From the NCBI GenBank assembly GCA_963747235.1, contig CAVVEU010000040.1, positions 288,001-352,000 of the forward strand: DNA of 64,000 nucleotides, written 5' to 3'. The notes beneath the pieces were generated by a model. It did no database searches, was not told the DNA's origin, and worked only from the letters and a program-made list of their open reading frames with translations. Below, piece after piece: positions 62,083-64,000 of the stretch. Origin of the DNA: an uncultured Candidatus Rokubacteria bacterium. Its GTDB lineage: Bacteria > Methylomirabilota > Methylomirabilia > Rokubacteriales > CSP1-6. Position 1 is the first letter of the stretch, and each line of letters starts with the position of its first letter. The position numbers and the translations under genes are program-made.

Positions 62083-62865
62083 TCAGTGGGTGACGGACAG
62101 CCGCCCGGCCGACCGTCGGCCGGGCGCGACCCGACTGAGACTGTACAGTAGCAGAAAGACCACCGACTGGACCACTATTCCCGCGGCGGCAATGAGCAAT
62201 TCGCCGATCCACAGCGTCACGGTCAGGTTGACCGCCAGGACCAGATAGTAGAGCGCGATCCCCAGGCGGGGCGAGCCCAGCCGCCGCTCCCCGACCAGCC
62301 AGACGTAGCCACCCACCGTGGCCCAGCCGACCAGGAGCCAGCCGGCGAAATTGGAGAGCGGGACCCCGAAGTAGAGGCCCCCCTCCGGGTAGGTGAAGAG
62401 ATGGCCGAGGAACCAGCGCTCGCCCCGCACCGCCAGCGGATCGATCACCACGTCCAGCAAGGTCATCAGCACGCCCGACAGGGCCACCAGGCGAAGCCGC
62501 CCCACGCCGCTTCCGGCCCAGCCGGGGCCGAGCGCGCGGCGGGCGAGGCAGAAGGAGGCATAGGCCAGGAACGGGAACGACAGCGGCGAGAAGAACGGGA
62601 CGTTCCCGAGGAACAGCTCCGCGCCCGCGGTCGCGCCGGTGTAGTGGTAGAGCCCGAAGGGCAGCCCCCCGCGCGTGGACGAGAGCTCGGCCACCAGCGC
62701 GACGAGAAAGCCCCAGAGCAGGAACCCGAGGGTGCGGGCGCGTCCAAGGTCACGGATGCCCGCGGACAGGAAGAAGGCCAGGAAGCCGACCACGTACGGT
62801 CGCAGCACGACGGTGCCCCCGAGCAGACTCACGACCGACCAGACCGTGTCCAGTGAGTTCGCCAC
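62083..62865 (-). CDS. CruF/DUF422-like 'carotenoid biosynthesis' membrane protein
   Basis: ELSST..GLPFGLYHY, NVPFF, LDVVIDPLA, YFGVPLSNFAGW. Confidence 0.82.
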   Translation of the reverse strand: MANSLDTVWSVVSLLGGTVVLRPYVVGFLAFFLSAGIRDLGRARTLGFLLWGFLVALVAELSSTRGGLPFGLYHYTGATAGAELFLGNVPFFSPLSFPFLAYASFCLARRALGPGWAGSGVGRLRLVALSGVLMTLLDVVIDPLAVRGERWFLGHLFTYPEGGLYFGVPLSNFAGWLLVGWATVGGYVWLVGERRLGSPRLGIALYYLVLAVNLTVTLWIGELLIAAAGIVVQSVVFLLLYSLSRVAPGRRSAGRLSVTH

Positions 62866-62942
62866 GGATTCACGATACGGAATTGGTCGGTTTTTTTCAA
62901 GGACGGCGGCTGGTTGGCGCAGCTCTGTGCTAGTATCGGGCG

Positions 62943-63749
62943 ATGTTTTCGACGTCCACGCCCGAACTGTGGCCGGCGCCGCTTCGCCCGATCGCGGCGC
63001 TAGGTGGTGTGACGCTCAATCTTGTCTCGGCGCTGGGTCGTTTCGGCCGCTTCTTCGGGCAGGCAGTCGGCTACGTCGTGGTGCCGCCCTTCAAGGTCGG
63101 CCGGCTGATCGACCGCATCCACTTCATCGGCTTCCGGTCGCTGACCATCGTCATCCTGACCGGGGCGTTCACCGGCATGGTGCTGGGCCTGCAGATCTTC
63201 CTCACCCTGTCGCGATTCGGCTCGGAGGCCTATCTGGGCCCCGCGGTGGCCCTGTCCTTGATCCGCGAGCTGGGCCCGGTGCTCTGCGCGGTGTTCGTCA
63301 CCGGCCTCGCCGGCTCGGCGCTGACCGCCGAGATCGGCATCATGAAGATCACCGAGCAGATCGACGCGCTCCACGTCATGGCGCTCAACCCCATGCGCTA
63401 CCTCGTATCGCCGGCCCTCGTGGCGGGCGTGATCACCTTCCCGCTCCTGACCGCGATCTTCGACGTGGTGGGCATCTTCGGTGGCTACCTGGTCGGGGTC
63501 GAGCTCCTCGGGCTCTCGCCCGGCACCTACTTCGGCGAGATGAAGACCTTCGTCAACATGTCCGATCTGATGACCGGGTACTGGAAGGCGATCTCGTTCG
63601 GGATCATCGTGCCCTGGGTCTGCACGTACAAGGGCTTCAACTGCGGGCACGGCGCCGAGGGAGTCGCGCGGGCCACCACCCAGGCGGTGGTCCTGACCTC
63701 CATCCTCATCCTGGTCTGGGACTACTTCCTGGGGTCCGTGCTGCCGTGA
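62943..63749 (+). CDS. mlaE: MlaE-family lipid ABC permease
   Basis: IRELGPVL, AEIGIMKITEQIDAL, GAEGVARATTQAVV. Confidence 0.93.
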   Translation: MFSTSTPELWPAPLRPIAALGGVTLNLVSALGRFGRFFGQAVGYVVVPPFKVGRLIDRIHFIGFRSLTIVILTGAFTGMVLGLQIFLTLSRFGSEAYLGPAVALSLIRELGPVLCAVFVTGLAGSALTAEIGIMKITEQIDALHVMALNPMRYLVSPALVAGVITFPLLTAIFDVVGIFGGYLVGVELLGLSPGTYFGEMKTFVNMSDLMTGYWKAISFGIIVPWVCTYKGFNCGHGAEGVARATTQAVVLTSILILVWDYFLGSVLP

Positions 63750-64000
63750 TCCGGGTCCACCGCCTGCACAAGAGCTTCGGCAGCCAGCCGGTCCTGCGCG
63801 GCATCGATCTCGACATCGCCACCGGCGAGATCATGGTGGTGATCGGCCGGAGCGGCGGCGGCAAGTCGGTCCTCCTCAAGCACCTCATCGGGCTGCTCCG
63901 ACCCGACTCGGGCACGATCGCGGTGGACGGCACCGAGATCACGCGCCTGCGCGGGAGCGATCTCGACCGGGTGCGCGAGCGCTACGGGGTGGTCTTCCAG
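63746..64000 (+). CDS. mlaF: MlaF-family ABC ATPase (partial, runs off window)
   Basis: GTG overlaps the mlaE stop; KSFGSQPVL, GRSGGGKSVLLK, GVVFQ. Confidence 0.88.
   Translation, partial: MIRVHRLHKSFGSQPVLRGIDLDIATGEIMVVIGRSGGGKSVLLKHLIGLLRPDSGTIAVDGTEITRLRGSDLDRVRERYGVVFQ

Overview
A very GC-rich bacterial chromosomal segment with about 58 genes, nearly all on the minus strand. Gene style, the fused sigma54/STAND/TPR regulator and the repeat families suggest Candidatus Rokubacteria/Methylomirabilota (inference only). Many genes carry single-base frameshifts that look like long-read indel errors. From left to right: (1) an acyl-CoA dehydrogenase pair, LLM oxidoreductase, DinB protein, hydrolase, polar amino-acid ABC transporter, biotin carboxylase/BCCP, NitT/TauT ABC transporter and benzoate-CoA-ligase-like gene; (2) an accessory patch at about 14.3-22.5 kb with lepB, a giant sigma54 activator facing a small secreted protein, and a ~690-bp degenerate duplicate of a PH-domain gene plus arfB flanking a TauE/DUF1634 pair; (3) a TCA-cycle supercluster (acnA-icd-mdh-fumarase alpha/beta-Rv0249c-type Sdh-sucCD-ndk); (4) a ~12-kb sulfur/redox cluster: FccB-FccA, TauE, a 4Fe-4S/NrfD fusion, a Tat-less molybdopterin enzyme, variant SoxYZ, TlpA, and a second atypical Sdh/Frd-like complex with a HIT gene; (5) thrC, an EF-G paralog, URO-D-like, amidohydrolase and FAH genes; (6) a hopanoid cluster (hpnH, hpnG, hpnA, hpnD, ispH) with two Zn polyol-dehydrogenase-like genes, a PagL-like barrel and a divergent mlaEF. 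The best candidates for undescribed systems are the sulfur-redox cluster (35.9-47.3 kb) and the extra enzymes in the hopanoid cluster. I saw no rRNA, tRNA, CRISPR array or transposase.
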